From Octopus vulgaris (taxonomy: Eukaryota), in the NCBI GenBank assembly GCA_951406725.2, contig OX597818.1:13082001-13146000 (forward strand): a stretch of 64,000 nt of DNA. The letters run 5' to 3'. The notes beneath the pieces are model-generated. The model was not told the origin of the DNA and ran no database searches. It saw only the letters and a program-made list of their open reading frames with translations. A program made the position numbers and the translations under genes. This document shows, in pieces, positions 1 through 12,384 of this stretch. Positions within the stretch are counted from its first letter, which is position 1, and every line of letters begins with the position of its first letter.

Positions 1-106
1 TATTTTGCTTCATTGTTATTTATTTTTTTTCCTTAATCTTAATCTTATTTCTGGCCGAAATAAGATTAAGATTAATGTGAAAAATAAATAACAATGAAGC
101 AAAATA
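1..106. repeat. Imperfect hairpin, ~50-bp arms, cut by the window edge
   Basis: 1-51 (TATTTTGCTTCATTGTT...CTTATTTC) is the reverse complement of 57-106 (GAAATAAG...AACAATGAAGCAAAATA); loop TGGCC. Confidence 0.85.
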
Positions 107-183
107 TGTAGTGCGTGTGTTTTTATTGGCTAAACTGGCAAAATGACAATTCCGAAATATAACAATATATATATATATATATA

Positions 184-1200
184 TCTATACTAGCAGTATC
201 GCCCGGCGTTGCTCGGGTTTGTAAGGGAAATAACTATATAAGCATTTTTAGAGAGTTACTTCCCTTATAGATGCCAATTCGGGCTTTCTTAGCCATTTCT
301 GTTTTGGTGTCTTCAAGCCATGAAGTCGTTGTTCTAAAGAACGCTGGTCTCCTTGACAACGCTTTACGACGTTAATTTCCTTACACTCCCTTCCCCACAG
401 CTTCACGAGGGAGGGAAGAAGGGGAGAAGCAAACAGGTGCAGGTGTGACCATGGACGCCAACTCCGCCGCCATCGACACACGAAAAATTATGCATTAAAA
501 TGGAATAAAAAATGATGTTAAATTATTTTTTAAATCGTAGACTCGTCGTAGACGCACACTAATACCCAGACGGGCTCGATATGAATCACGACTATAAGAT
601 ACCCGGTTTTGGTTAAACTGCACCGCAAAATGTGGGAGTAGTTAGGAATCTAAATCGTAGGAGACAGACACTCACACAACTAGAGTTTTATATATATAGA
701 TATATAAAACTCTAGTTGTGTGAGTGTCTGTCCCCTTCGATTTAGATTCCTAACTCCTCCCACATTTTGCGGTGCAGTTTAACCAAATTCGGGTATCTTA
801 TAGTCGTGATTCATATCGAGCCCGTCTGACTATTAGCGCGCGTCTACAATGAGTCTACGATTTTAAAAATAATTTAACATCATTTTTTATTCCATTTTAA
901 TGCATAAAATGCATCGTATGTCGATGGCGGCGGAGTTGGCGTCCACGCTCACAGCTGCACCTGTTTGCTTCTCCCCCTTCCCTCCCTCGTGAAGCTGTGG
1001 GGAAGGGAGTGTAAAGAAATCAACGTCGTAATGCGTTGTGAAGGAAACCAGCGTTCTTTTAGAACAACGACTTCATGGCTTGAAGACACCAAAACAAAAA
1101 TGGCTAAGAAAGCACGAATTTATAAGGGAAGTAACTCTCTAAAAATGCTTATATAGTTATTTCCCTTACAAACCCGAGCAACGCCGGGCGATACTGCTAG
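184..1200 (+). mobile_element. Non-autonomous Helitron copy 2, interrupted by copy 1
   Basis: TCTATA (184-189) + TATATAAAAC (701-) rebuilds the 5' end; 3' hairpin and CTAG at 1197-1200. Confidence 0.8.
190..700 (-). mobile_element. Non-autonomous Helitron copy 1
   Basis: Minus strand starts TCTATATATATAAAACTCTAG and ends with hairpin CCCGAGCAACGCCGGG + CGATACTGCTAG; inserted between A and T with no TSD. Confidence 0.85.
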
Positions 1201-2418
1201 TCTATATATATAAAACTGTAGTTGTGTGAGTGTCTGTCCTCTTCGATTTAGATTCCTAACTACTCCCACATTTTGCGGTGCAGTTTAACCAAATTCGGGT
1301 ATCTTATAGTCGTGATTCATATCGAGCCCGTCTAGGTATTAGCGCGCGTCTACGATGAGTCTACGATTTTAAAAATAATTTACCATAATTTTGTTCTATT
1401 TTAACGCATATTTTTTTAAATAAAGGGAAGTGCACCTGTGTTGCTTCTCCCCCATTTTCCCTCCCTCGTGAAGCTGTAGGGAAGGGAGTGTAAGGAAATC
1501 AAAGTCGTAAAGCGTTGTCAAGGTGACCAGCGTTCTTTTAGAACAACGACTTCATGGCTTGAAGACACCAAAACAGAAATGGCTAAGAAAGCCCGAAAGC
1601 AAATTCTACAAAATCGGGAAAGCGCCACACAGGGAAGGTTTCCCGTGCAAATAATTTGCACAACCGAATGTTATGGTTGTTGCACAACTTTTACTTAAAA
1701 AATATTATCCAATGGCGATGATACTTGTGAAATATGGTAATGGATTTAGTAGCCAAAAGGAGAGAGCAGAGGCATAGTATGTTGGTAGTGGAGGCGGTGG
1801 TAGTGGTAGCGGTGGTGGCGGTGGTGCTGGTAGTAGTGATGATGGTCGTGGTCGTGGTGGTCGTCGTGTTTGTGGTGGTGGTGTTGTTGTTGGTGGTCGT
1901 GGTCGTGGTGGTGGGGGTGGTGATGATGGTGGTGGTGGTGGTCATGGTGTTGGTCGTGGTGGTGGGGTGGTGATGATGGTGGTGGTCTTCGTTATGGTGG
2001 TGGTGATTGTCATGGGTGGTAGTGGTGATGGTGTTAGTCGTGGTGGTCATGGTGGTAGTGGTGATGGTGTTAGTCGTGGTGGTGGTGGTGGCTGAAGCTG
2101 TCGTCTGGGTTCTTTCTATTTTTTCGTGTGTCGGTGGCGGCGTTGGCGTTCATGCTCGCACCTGCACCTGTGTAGCTCCTCCCCTTCTTCCCTCCCTCGT
2201 GAAGCTGTGGGGAAGGTAGGGTAGGGAAATCAACGTCGTAAAGCGTTGTCAAGGAGACCAGCGTTCTTTTAGTACAACGACTTCATGGCTTGAAGTCGCC
2301 AAAACAGAAATCGCTGAAAAAGCTGAAACAGATCCACAAAAACGGCAAAAACCGCCGCACAGGGCAGGTTTCCTGTGCAAACAATTTGCACAACCGAATG
2401 TTTTAGTTGTTGCACAAA
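1201..2418 (+). mobile_element. Helitron copy 3 (composite, internal duplication and GTG-rich insert)
   Basis: 5' TCTATATATATAAAACTG directly after the CTAG of copy 2; ~1430-1690 is repeated at ~2160-2417. Confidence 0.75.
1780..2092. repeat. Degenerate (GTG/GTC/ATG)n low-complexity tract
   Basis: Seen directly; source of the poly-V and poly-T ORFs. Confidence 0.9.
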
Positions 2419-2808
2419 TCTTTATATATAAAAGTGAAGTTGTGTGTCTGTCTCCTACGATTTAGATTCCTAACTACTCCCACATTTTGCGGTGCAGTTT
2501 AACCAAAACCGGGTATCTTATAGTCGTGATTCATATCGAACCCTTCTGGGTATTAGCGCGCGTCTACGATGAGTCTACGATTAAAAAAAAAATTACCATC
2601 ATTTTTTCCATTTTAATGCATTTTCGCTATTATATAAGGGAAGCAACTCTCTAAAAATGTCTACGATGAGTCAACGATTAAAAAAAATTACCATAATTTT
2701 TATTCCATTTTTAATGCATTTTTTGGCTATTTTTTTGCTATAACTCTCTAAAAATGCTTATATAGTTATTTCCCTTACAAACCCGAGCAACGCCGGGCGA
2801 TACTGCTA

Positions 2809-2809
<1 letters not shown>
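2419..2809 (+). mobile_element. Helitron copy 4
   Basis: A|TCTTTATATATAAAAG start; 3' hairpin and CTAG|T at 2806-2810. Confidence 0.8.
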
Positions 2810-2841
<32 letters not shown>

Positions 2842-2976
2842 AATATATGATTAAATTAAAGGATTAAGGGCGAGGGCGAAAACGACTTAACTCCAGCATG
2901 ATGCTTGAAGTGCAAATATTGACTACCTGATAAAAATCATTAACGTGATTTTTATCGTTATATTCTATTAGAAATT

Positions 2977-3090
<114 letters not shown>

Positions 3091-3168
3091 GTAAGCTTTC
3101 TAGTGTCCAGTATCTAGAACATTTAAACGACAGCACTTGTATCTGCAAGTTGTTTACAAAAAGTCTAC

Positions 3169-3244
<76 letters not shown>

Positions 3245-6112
3245 ATATCCAGATGTAATGGTGCATTACCTCTGGATACCCTTGTTGCTTATTTTGATTG
3301 TAATCACCCCTTTTTGAATTATATGGATAATACCAAACTAAATTCTGGTGTCTTTAACTTAAGTACCATATTCAACTTTATCTAAATTTTACTGACCGTA
3401 TATATATATATATATGTACACAATTATATATGCATATAATGAAGGGATTTTCCTTGGGTAATTACTATGGAACTGGATGAAAATTGGGCAGGAAAGTGGG
3501 GTGAGCCCTTTGTCGAGATAGTGCCTGCTGAGCATTCATTGTCAAGGGAAGGAGGAAGAAAAGAAGTCTTTGCGAAACTAGGTGACGTTCTGTATGGCAG
3601 ACGAGTAAGGTGATCGGTTACATTTCAGGAAAAGTTCAAACTTCAGGGCTGTACTCTGTCGAATGAACGCTTTGAACGCGGGTTATTTGGTACATAAGTG
3701 TATAATTACTGTTTGAACTTATTCCAGTTTTCGGACTGTGTTTAATTCTCTAAACTTTACAGTTGTCTTTCTTGCGTGAACAACTGTAGCACAGTAATAT
3801 ATAAACAGATCGTTGGAATAATGAACGTTTTAGTGTATGGGACGTAAAGAAGAGGATTTCAAGATTGGTTTTAATCGGTCAAATGTTGTTTCCGTTGTGT
3901 TAAGAGAGAACCTGTGTTGCCACCGATATGTGGCATAAACCTGGCAGAGGTTAGAGTAGTCGAAATGAAGTTTTATTAATATATTAAACGAGTAGGATGA
4001 AATATAGCTGGCATAGATACAAAGGGATTTTGGATAAATGATATATTAAAAAGCATATCTCAAAGTAGCTGCGAGTTTAAAACGCAAAAGATGGCAGCTG
4101 ATTGTATTATTGTAGCATGAGATCATGATTCTAAGTATACAATTATTCGTAACAAAATAGGCATTAGCAATAACAACGCCTATAATAAACTGTTATGAAA
4201 TAATAATCAATTCGAAGATATATCAATCAATGAAATATATGCCCCAACGCCGCAAAAAAAGAAAGAGAGAAGAAATATATCGACTATATTTGAATGTAAT
4301 ATTCTCTAATCGCACTGACGTAGTGAAATGTTACGTAAATGCATTATGTGACAGCCCTTTCAGTTAGCTTTGGACCTTCTTTTATAACGTATTCTTTTGA
4401 AGAATAAGAATCCAATTATAATCACAAAACATAACGATCTGATATTTATATCTTGTGCATTAGATAACGGATATTTTTCATGAAAATGACCAATTCAATA
4501 ATGGAAATATGAAGAAAAAAAACGAAAAAGCACCAACATGTATCATGTATGTGCCAATACATGTAGAGATTCACGTAAATCGACTAATCTGAAGATACTG
4601 AATAAAAGAATAAAACTTATTCTAGGAAAAATAGAATGAGAATAGAAATACTCTGCAAACTACTGAATACGAAAAAATAATTATATGAACCTGTTTCTCG
4701 GACCTTTACTCCTACAAAATGCAATATTATATATAGAAAGAACGGGTACTAAACACTGTAAAGAAAAAAATATCATTATGATATTACGATATTAATATTT
4801 CAAGAAATAGCCTATACACTTTTACAAGTATAATATATTTGAATCTATAAGAAAAATACCTTCACACAAATTAAACATGTTATATGCACGGATGCATCAG
4901 TACAGACTCAAAGATCAAAGTCTAAAGCTTATTATAGTTCCGCGTCTTAAAACGGAAAACAGAAGGATATTAAAACTTGATCCAAGTTGGATTACTAATT
5001 CAAATCAAAAAGTATTACGAAATTAATATCAATTCAAGTGCATGACAACACGCAATCTAATATTGCACACCCATCAGAGCATACTAGTTTCGTTCATCTC
5101 TAGTCCTCGCATATACTCTGCCTTGAAAGCCCGTGTCGCCCTCTCATGTAGCATCGCTGTATGTACACAAGCATGAAACAATCTGCCTTTCACTCGGAGA
5201 GAGAAGTCTTGTTACCGTTACCGATAGAGGTAAAAGCTCTCTTAACTTTCACCATACCACACCAATTCTAGCGAGTAGACTAGACTAGACTCAGTAAAAG
5301 AAGTTATCGATTGCCGCCAAAAATCCTTGAAGACAATTGAGGAAGTCAATTTCCTGTGTAACTGCAGCTTGCATGGCACCTGTGCATCTTCGAAAAACAA
5401 AGACTACTTTCTTAGTTAATCTTTCTGTGATTCCACTGCGCTTCATGTGTGTCTATTGGCTGCTTAGGGTTCACAGTATGGAATTACTGCCTAAATCTTT
5501 CCTACATATCGAGCTGGGCTATTAATCACGTTCTTATGAAAACATCAACTTTCTCATCCCCTCATATCATTCATTCTTCTTGTCCTCTTAGGTGTTTGGT
5601 CTAGTAGCCCATCATTACCTTCCTTTTAGCTCCTTCTGCCAGATATCTCCCCTCCAACAAGACACATATGCACCTAGTAGAATTGATAAAGTTGTTGGCG
5701 TTAGAAAGTACATAGAGCCGTAAAAAAACATAACATGCTAAAGATGACATTGGAGCTCGACACTGCCCTGCAGCACGCCAGTTCATTGATGACCATCCTA
5801 CGTATGTTAGTATCGAAAGCAGAGGATAACGATGATGATGATGACGACGATGATGATGACTTTGGCGGTGACGATGATATAGACAATATAGCACTTAATA
5901 TACACTATATTTAAATACTATATATATGATATTTAAATACTCTATATATGATATTACATTTATCTCTCACTAATAAAAGAACAATAAATGGCATACACAC
6001 ACACATATATAGTTAATCCAAACATGAAAACACAAAGAGAAAACACAACAACGCGAGGACGTGGAACAAATATAGTATTATTGGATGCTCAGGAAGGAAG
6101 GGACGAAGGAAG

Positions 6113-6147
6113 GTTTAACGTTGCGAGCGGAGCTCTTCTTCAGAAAC
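6113..6147 (-). ncRNA. Degenerate minimal type I hammerhead motif
   Basis: Minus strand: GTTT-CTGAAGA-A-GAGC tcc GCTC-GCAAC-GTT-AAAC; GAAA is mutated to GCAA. Confidence 0.5.
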
Positions 6148-6247
6148 ATAGCAAAAGGAAAGATCCAGATAAGGGAAGACGGAGGAAAAAAAATCACCGA
6201 CGGTACACACACGGTCACCTTTTGTATATATATATGTATATATATTA

Positions 6248-6410
6248 TTTTACTCGTACAGTCATTTGACCTTAAAGGATTCTATCGAAGATATCGACCC
6301 CTGGATTTATTCTTTGTAAGCCAAGTACTTACTCTATCGGTCTGTTTTCTTTGAACCACTAAGTTACGGGGGCGTAAACACCAATCGATGGGGACAAACA
6401 AAGACACACG
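6248..6410 (-). mobile_element. SINE family A, 3' fragment
   Basis: Matches the 3' half of 26692-27138. Confidence 0.7.
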
Positions 6411-6457
6411 TATAAATATATATTTCATGTATATATATGCATATATATATATATATA

Positions 6458-6524
<67 letters not shown>

Positions 6525-7273
6525 GACCATATACTCACGATTATATGCTGAGCAAAAGATTATTATACTTTCCCTATTACAAATACACAAAATAGGGAAA
6601 TATACATAAAGCAGATGCGCGGATTCATAGGCGTACTAATATTTACGTTGATTTATATTCTTAGTAGATGTATTGAAATATATTACACCTTGTGTACTGT
6701 ACGGACTTCTAAACACTGAATCTGCTTAATTCCTGTCTCCTAATTTATCCTGTACAAAATTGTGTTTTCATTTTAGTGCAGTGGCTAGTTAATCTATGAA
6801 GTTTCAGCTATGTGGCCTCTGATTTGGTAGAATATCACTTCCTTATTCTTTAACAAGAGCAGTATTTAGAGTAACTTCGAACATTCTGCCGCCTAAGCCA
6901 TTATCTTCATATATAACGAATGTTTGAAAACATATGACTGAGTGGAGTGACATGTTGCTAATATATTATGGTATGAAGACATGTATTTAATATGAAATTC
7001 CTATTTTGAGCGCACACAAACTGTGGTTTTCGCTTCTGTGTTAAAAATAGTTATACAACTTATAGGTCGCGCGAATTCTACAAGAAGAAGCATTTTCCAT
7101 CAGCTCACATTTTCTGAAGTGTCTTATTTCCCTCCTCTCTGCTAAAATAGATAATTAAATAGATAGATAGATAGATATATACATACATATATTCATCCAT
7201 AGATATGCATAGATACACACGCCGCGCACGCACACACATGTATACATATATACATACATACATGCATACATTA

Positions 7274-7313
<40 letters not shown>

Positions 7314-7445
7314 AAAATAGTAAAGTGTGAAAAAACGACAGAAGGCTTAAATGTTAAAAGATATATATATTTGTGTCAAAATGTCTGGAGAATATTGGAA
7401 AAATTTTTTTCCTTTCCTTAAAATGACATAATTTTTAAATTTTTA

Positions 7446-7485
7446 AAGAAATTACCGGTTTCGCGTGTAGCTTTTCAAATTTCTT
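7446..7485 (-). ncRNA. Mirror copy of the 7972-8011 hammerhead
   Basis: Reverse complement within the left arm of the palindrome. Confidence 0.7.
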
Positions 7486-7971
7486 GTGACGTTATGTTTA
7501 TATTGCATGGATTTATCGTTGTTTTTATTTCAGGAGATTTCTAAATAAGGGGAGGTAGTGAGTGATTTTTTCCGGTGTAGGGAGATAATCGCTTAAAAAT
7601 TTTTTCCCATTTCCTTGTTAATTTCTCTGTGTCAGTATGTTCGGATGGTTGAGTCTGGGTTTGTACTTTTCAATGAAGAATGTTTCCTTGTTCAGTCTCA
7701 TTTGTGTTGATGATCCCATTTTACCAATGTGCTTTCGGATCATCAACACAAATGAGACTGAACAAGGAAACATTCTTCATTGAAAAGTACAAACCCAGAC
7801 TCAACCATCCGAACATACTGACACAGAGAAATTAACAAGGAAATGGGAAAAAAATTTTTTAAGCGATTATCTCCCCTACACCGGAAAAAATCACTCACTA
7901 CCTCCCCTTATTTAGAAATCTCCTGGAAATAAAAACAACGATAAATCCATGCAATATAAACATAACGTCAC

Positions 7972-8011
7972 AAGAAATTTGAAAAGCTACACGCGAAACC
8001 GGTAATTTCTT
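7972..8011 (+). ncRNA. Minimal type I hammerhead, U3-A8 core variant
   Basis: AAGAAAT-TTGAAAA-GC tacac GC-GAAAC cg GTA-ATTTCTT: 7-bp stem I, palindromic stem III ACCGGT. Confidence 0.7.
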
Positions 8012-8270
8012 TAAAAATTTAAAAATTATGTCATTTTAAGGAAAGGAAAAAAATTTTTCCAATATTCTCCAGACATTTTGACACAAATATATATATCTTT
8101 TAACATTTAAGCCTTCTGTCGTTTTTTCACACTTTACTATTTTCTTATATATTCACCCACGTGCTTTACCAAACAAACTTTCTTATCTATATATATATAT
8201 ATATACAAAATAAGAAAATGGAGTAATACACCTTAATCAATAATATAAACTACATCTTACAGCTGTTTCA

Positions 8271-8309
<39 letters not shown>

Positions 8310-8364
8310 CCACTCTTGTATGGGTGTACCTCCTCTGATATTCATATTTAGATTGTACTTTATA

Positions 8365-8491
8365 ATCTCTGAAGAAGCCTTGGGATATATTTGTAAGTGT
8401 CTCATTTATAACCACATATTAACTTATCACACCTGGCTAATATGAGTATAATGAGATACCCATATCTACATGGCTGAAACAGCTGTAAGAT
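8365..8491 (+). ncRNA. Type I hammerhead with long stem-loop II
   Basis: ATCT-CTGAAGA-AGCC...~90 nt...GGCT-GAAAC agct GTA-AGAT; 3' half also present inverted at ~8246-8275. Confidence 0.7.
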
Positions 8492-8980
8492 GTAGTTTAT
8501 ATTTATATTTATATTTATTTATATTCACTTATACATTTTGTACTTATTGTATCATATTACTCATTGATGTGCATTGTTTTGTTCTGTACTATTACGTTTG
8601 ACCTGATCTTCATATGTAGTGACTTAATAAATTATGTGATTGGGTATTATCCGGTAGCTGATTATCGATTAAGGTGTATTTTTCCATTTTCTTATTTTGT
8701 ATTATTAATTTGTGGTAAAACATTTTACCTTTGCCCATATAATACAATAAATGAATTAATTGCATAACACTTCTTAACATTTATGTATTAACTTTGTTGG
8801 GTGCTTTACTGGCAGTATATTTGATATATGTTATCCCATGGTGGGTTGCTCTCACAACCCCTATCTCAATTTATATATATATATATAAATTTAATAAGGG
8901 TAGAAATTGATATGAATCAATTAAAACCAGTGGCCTAGCATATTAAAAAAAATCCGAAGATTAAAATATTTTTACATACA

Positions 8981-9353
<373 letters not shown>

Positions 9354-9457
9354 GTATATATATATATATTTATATATATATATATATATATCTATATACA
9401 TGCATATATATGTATACATACATATATATATATATATATACAGACACACACACACAC

Positions 9458-9496
<39 letters not shown>

Positions 9497-9742
9497 CTGA
9501 TTGTTAAATTTTAAGATATATGTTGTTTAAGATTTGACTCTCCCATGTCTATCAAGAGTGTGGAAAATTTATTCACCTAAAAATACATACTTAATTATAA
9601 CTTGCTTCTGGTCCGAAAATATATTGTAAAATACTTGCGAAACTAAAGATGCAAATTTGTAAGTTATTTCTAACATTGTAGCTATTTGCATAGTTGTTAA
9701 ATTAATTGAAATGATTTGCAACATCAGCTTATTTAAAAATAA

Positions 9743-9761
9743 GTATTATTATTATTATTAC

Positions 9762-9852
<91 letters not shown>

Positions 9853-9914
9853 TATTATTATTATTATTATCATTATTGTTGTTGTTGTTGTTGTTGTTGT
9901 AGTTGATGATGATG

Positions 9915-9996
<82 letters not shown>

Positions 9997-10006
9997 TAAT
10001 AATAAT
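9743..10006. repeat. Compound (TTA)n-(TTG)n-(ATA)n microsatellite
   Basis: Seen directly. Confidence 0.95.
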
Positions 10007-10565
10007 GTGTCCTGATGAAAATATCAGGCAGTTGCTCTCATGGCTTCTGGTCTTAACCGATTGTAAGTGTTATCATGTACATTGTTTCGTCTTGGTATAA
10101 AAGATGGGCTACAGAAAATATTCTGCTCAATGCCACAGAATTTCTTGTCAGTTGTTTGACCTTAACCCGTTGAACATTTCGCTTAGTGGGTGATGATATG
10201 TGCACGTTTTGATCACGATATGCGCACCTTTGATGAGAAACAATAAGGGAGCATCATAATCATGTGTTGAGAAGAATTCTTTGGAATTTGGATAATTCAT
10301 CTTTGGAAACATGTGTTTCGTTCAACATCCTTAAGCCACACTAATTCAGAGACATTTTGAGTGGCATGGGCTACTCAATCCGAAGGAAATTCTAACAATT
10401 CATGCGTTGTTAATCTTGATATGAAATCACCATGTCGTGCACATATGGTTGTAATGCATGTGCTTGGTGTACCCCTATCAGACGTGTAGTAATTATCGTT
10501 TTTCTGGGAGTCGAATATTTTACCCCGGTGACACTTTGATAGCATGCACTTCTCTCTCTCACTCA
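10007..10565 (+). mobile_element. ~570-bp (AAT)n-associated non-coding repeat, family T, diverged copy
   Basis: Colinear with 54231-54800; ends CTCTCACTCAA; strand inferred from the shared end. Confidence 0.8.
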
Positions 10566-10566
10566 A

Positions 10567-10683
<117 letters not shown>

Positions 10684-10704
10684 TAATAATAATAATAATA
10701 ACGA

Positions 10705-12030
10705 TTTATTATTTTATTGGCCACAAGAGCTCGCATAAAATTACATTTAAAAGACATACAACATACTAGAAGAGAGAAAAACAGGACGATACAATGGGTT
10801 TTACAACATGTAAACAATATAAATAACAATTAAAATTAAACAATGTAATACTTCCAATAGGGGAGAGGCTTTAAGAACCTTATTGAAGCCCCACAAAAGC
10901 CACGGGTGCCTCAACAACAGGACAAGGGCACTCTCCTTTTTTTACAGGCGCACGCTCAGAATTGGTCCTTTCACAGTGACCATTCTTCCAACATTTACCC
11001 ACTTTTCAGCAAACTTGCCACAAGGCAACACTTCCCTCTCCATCCTCAACTTCCTTTTCAAGTGAAACTTCAAAAATTTGATGAGGGCTTGGCCGAACAG
11101 GAAAGTGTCCGACTTTGAGCCGTTTCAAACGTGTCCACCATGCTATCTCCTTTGCTATAGCCACTAGACAAATAAAAATTGTCTGCTCCTCCCGGCCAAA
11201 ATAGGGTGGCGGGGCAATCTTCACAATGGATTCAGCTGATAGCCCGATCCACACGCGACAGCAGATGTTCGACATAAACCCACAGGTCAGCAATACTCGG
11301 TCACCGTCAAGGAAATGCTGGAGATGCTGCAACCTTCGTGTATGTCTGCGTATCAGTAACCACGGTATGCCCAACCCTCCATTCAGTGGCTGTTATTAGC
11401 AGATGGAGCGCCTGGCCAGTGGAGAACACCCCTCCACAGAAAGCGGAAGAGTAAGCACATCATCTTGGTCAACCAGCAAAGAGGGCAAGGGAAGAGAGTC
11501 AAGCGGTAATAGGTGACAGATACGATGTACGCATTCACCACCTCCGCTCGATATTTCAGGGACAGCTTTCTCTCGGCCCATTTCTTGGTGTGATTGGCTA
11601 TCATCACCTCATCCCAGTTTTTTCTGCACCTGCGAGTCCGGACGAAGCCAAACTCCGAGCAACTTAACTGGATCGTCAGTCCAGCGCTCCACTACGCTTT
11701 GGACTGCATGGACGTGCCTTTCCAGGTGTCGAGTTGTACCTGACTTTTCCGCGTTAAATTTTGCTCCTGTTACCGCTTCATATTCCTGTAGCGTTTCTCC
11801 AATCAGGTCTATATGCCTGTGGCTCGACACTATGATGGTGATTTCATCCGCGTAAGCAGACATACTTCTCCACATCCTAGATCACGCACGATACTCCCTA
11901 CAACTTCCGCAGTAATGGCTCAAGAGTCAGTACATTAGAAGGGGAGAGAGGGAGGGCACACTTGGCGGACCGAACGCTAGATGCTGACTGGCTCTGACAG
12001 GTGACCATTCACCCGAACAACCGAGCAGAT
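10705..12030 (-). mobile_element. L1/Tx1-clade LINE fragment (RT pseudogene)
   Basis: Minus strand: SVRQ..CP, SAYADEITII..YEAVTGAKFNAEKS, WAERKLSLKYRAEVVNAYIVS; frameshifted. Confidence 0.85.
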
Positions 12031-12173
12031 ATAACATTAGATATATAAGTGTTTTAAATGTCAGTTTTATTTTCATATGCTTGCTTTCCATTTAATTTGC
12101 AGAAATGTTCTTTGAATACAAACATTTCAGTATTGGATACTTTAGAAAGAAATATTAATGGTATTGGTGATGT

Positions 12174-12384
12174 ATATTTGCCACCTAAATGTGGCCGACA
12201 CATATGGGACGATGCTAATGTAGTTTGTAGCCCCAGGGAGACATCCCCAGCTGTCTAATGACACTTTGTCCATATGTGCGCGACATGCAGATGTTATTAG
12301 CCAGCTGGAGGAGAAGTATTCCTGGGGCTATAAACTACATTAGCATCGTCCCATGTGGGTCAGCCTCCTTTAAGTGGCAGATAT
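12174..12384. repeat. Imperfect hairpin / MITE-like element, ~90-bp arms
   Basis: ATGGGACGATGCTAATGTAGTTTGTAGCCCCAGG pairs with CCTGGGGCTATAAACTACATTAGCATCGTCCCAT. Confidence 0.8.

Larger units (their letters stand above)
7305..8152. mobile_element. Fold-back PLE 3' end (GIY-YIG C-terminus plus pLTR-like region), ~410-bp arms
   Basis: 7305-7716 is the near-perfect reverse complement of 7737-8152 with a 20-nt spacer; + arm encodes SSTQMRLNKETFFIEKYKPRLN, like a GIY-YIG C-terminus; flanked by (TA)n. Confidence 0.8.

Noticed and set aside
248-1156. Similar short ORFs (PSLVKLWGRECKEINVV)
   Set aside because: Internal non-coding sequence of Helitron copies; frames are not conserved and there are no Rep or helicase motifs
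3440-3970. Possible further PLE fragment
   Set aside because: No convincing peptide motif or hammerhead core found by eye
5617-5685. Possible minus-strand micro-exon with AG/GT borders
   Set aside because: No homology or partner exons; such signals arise by chance
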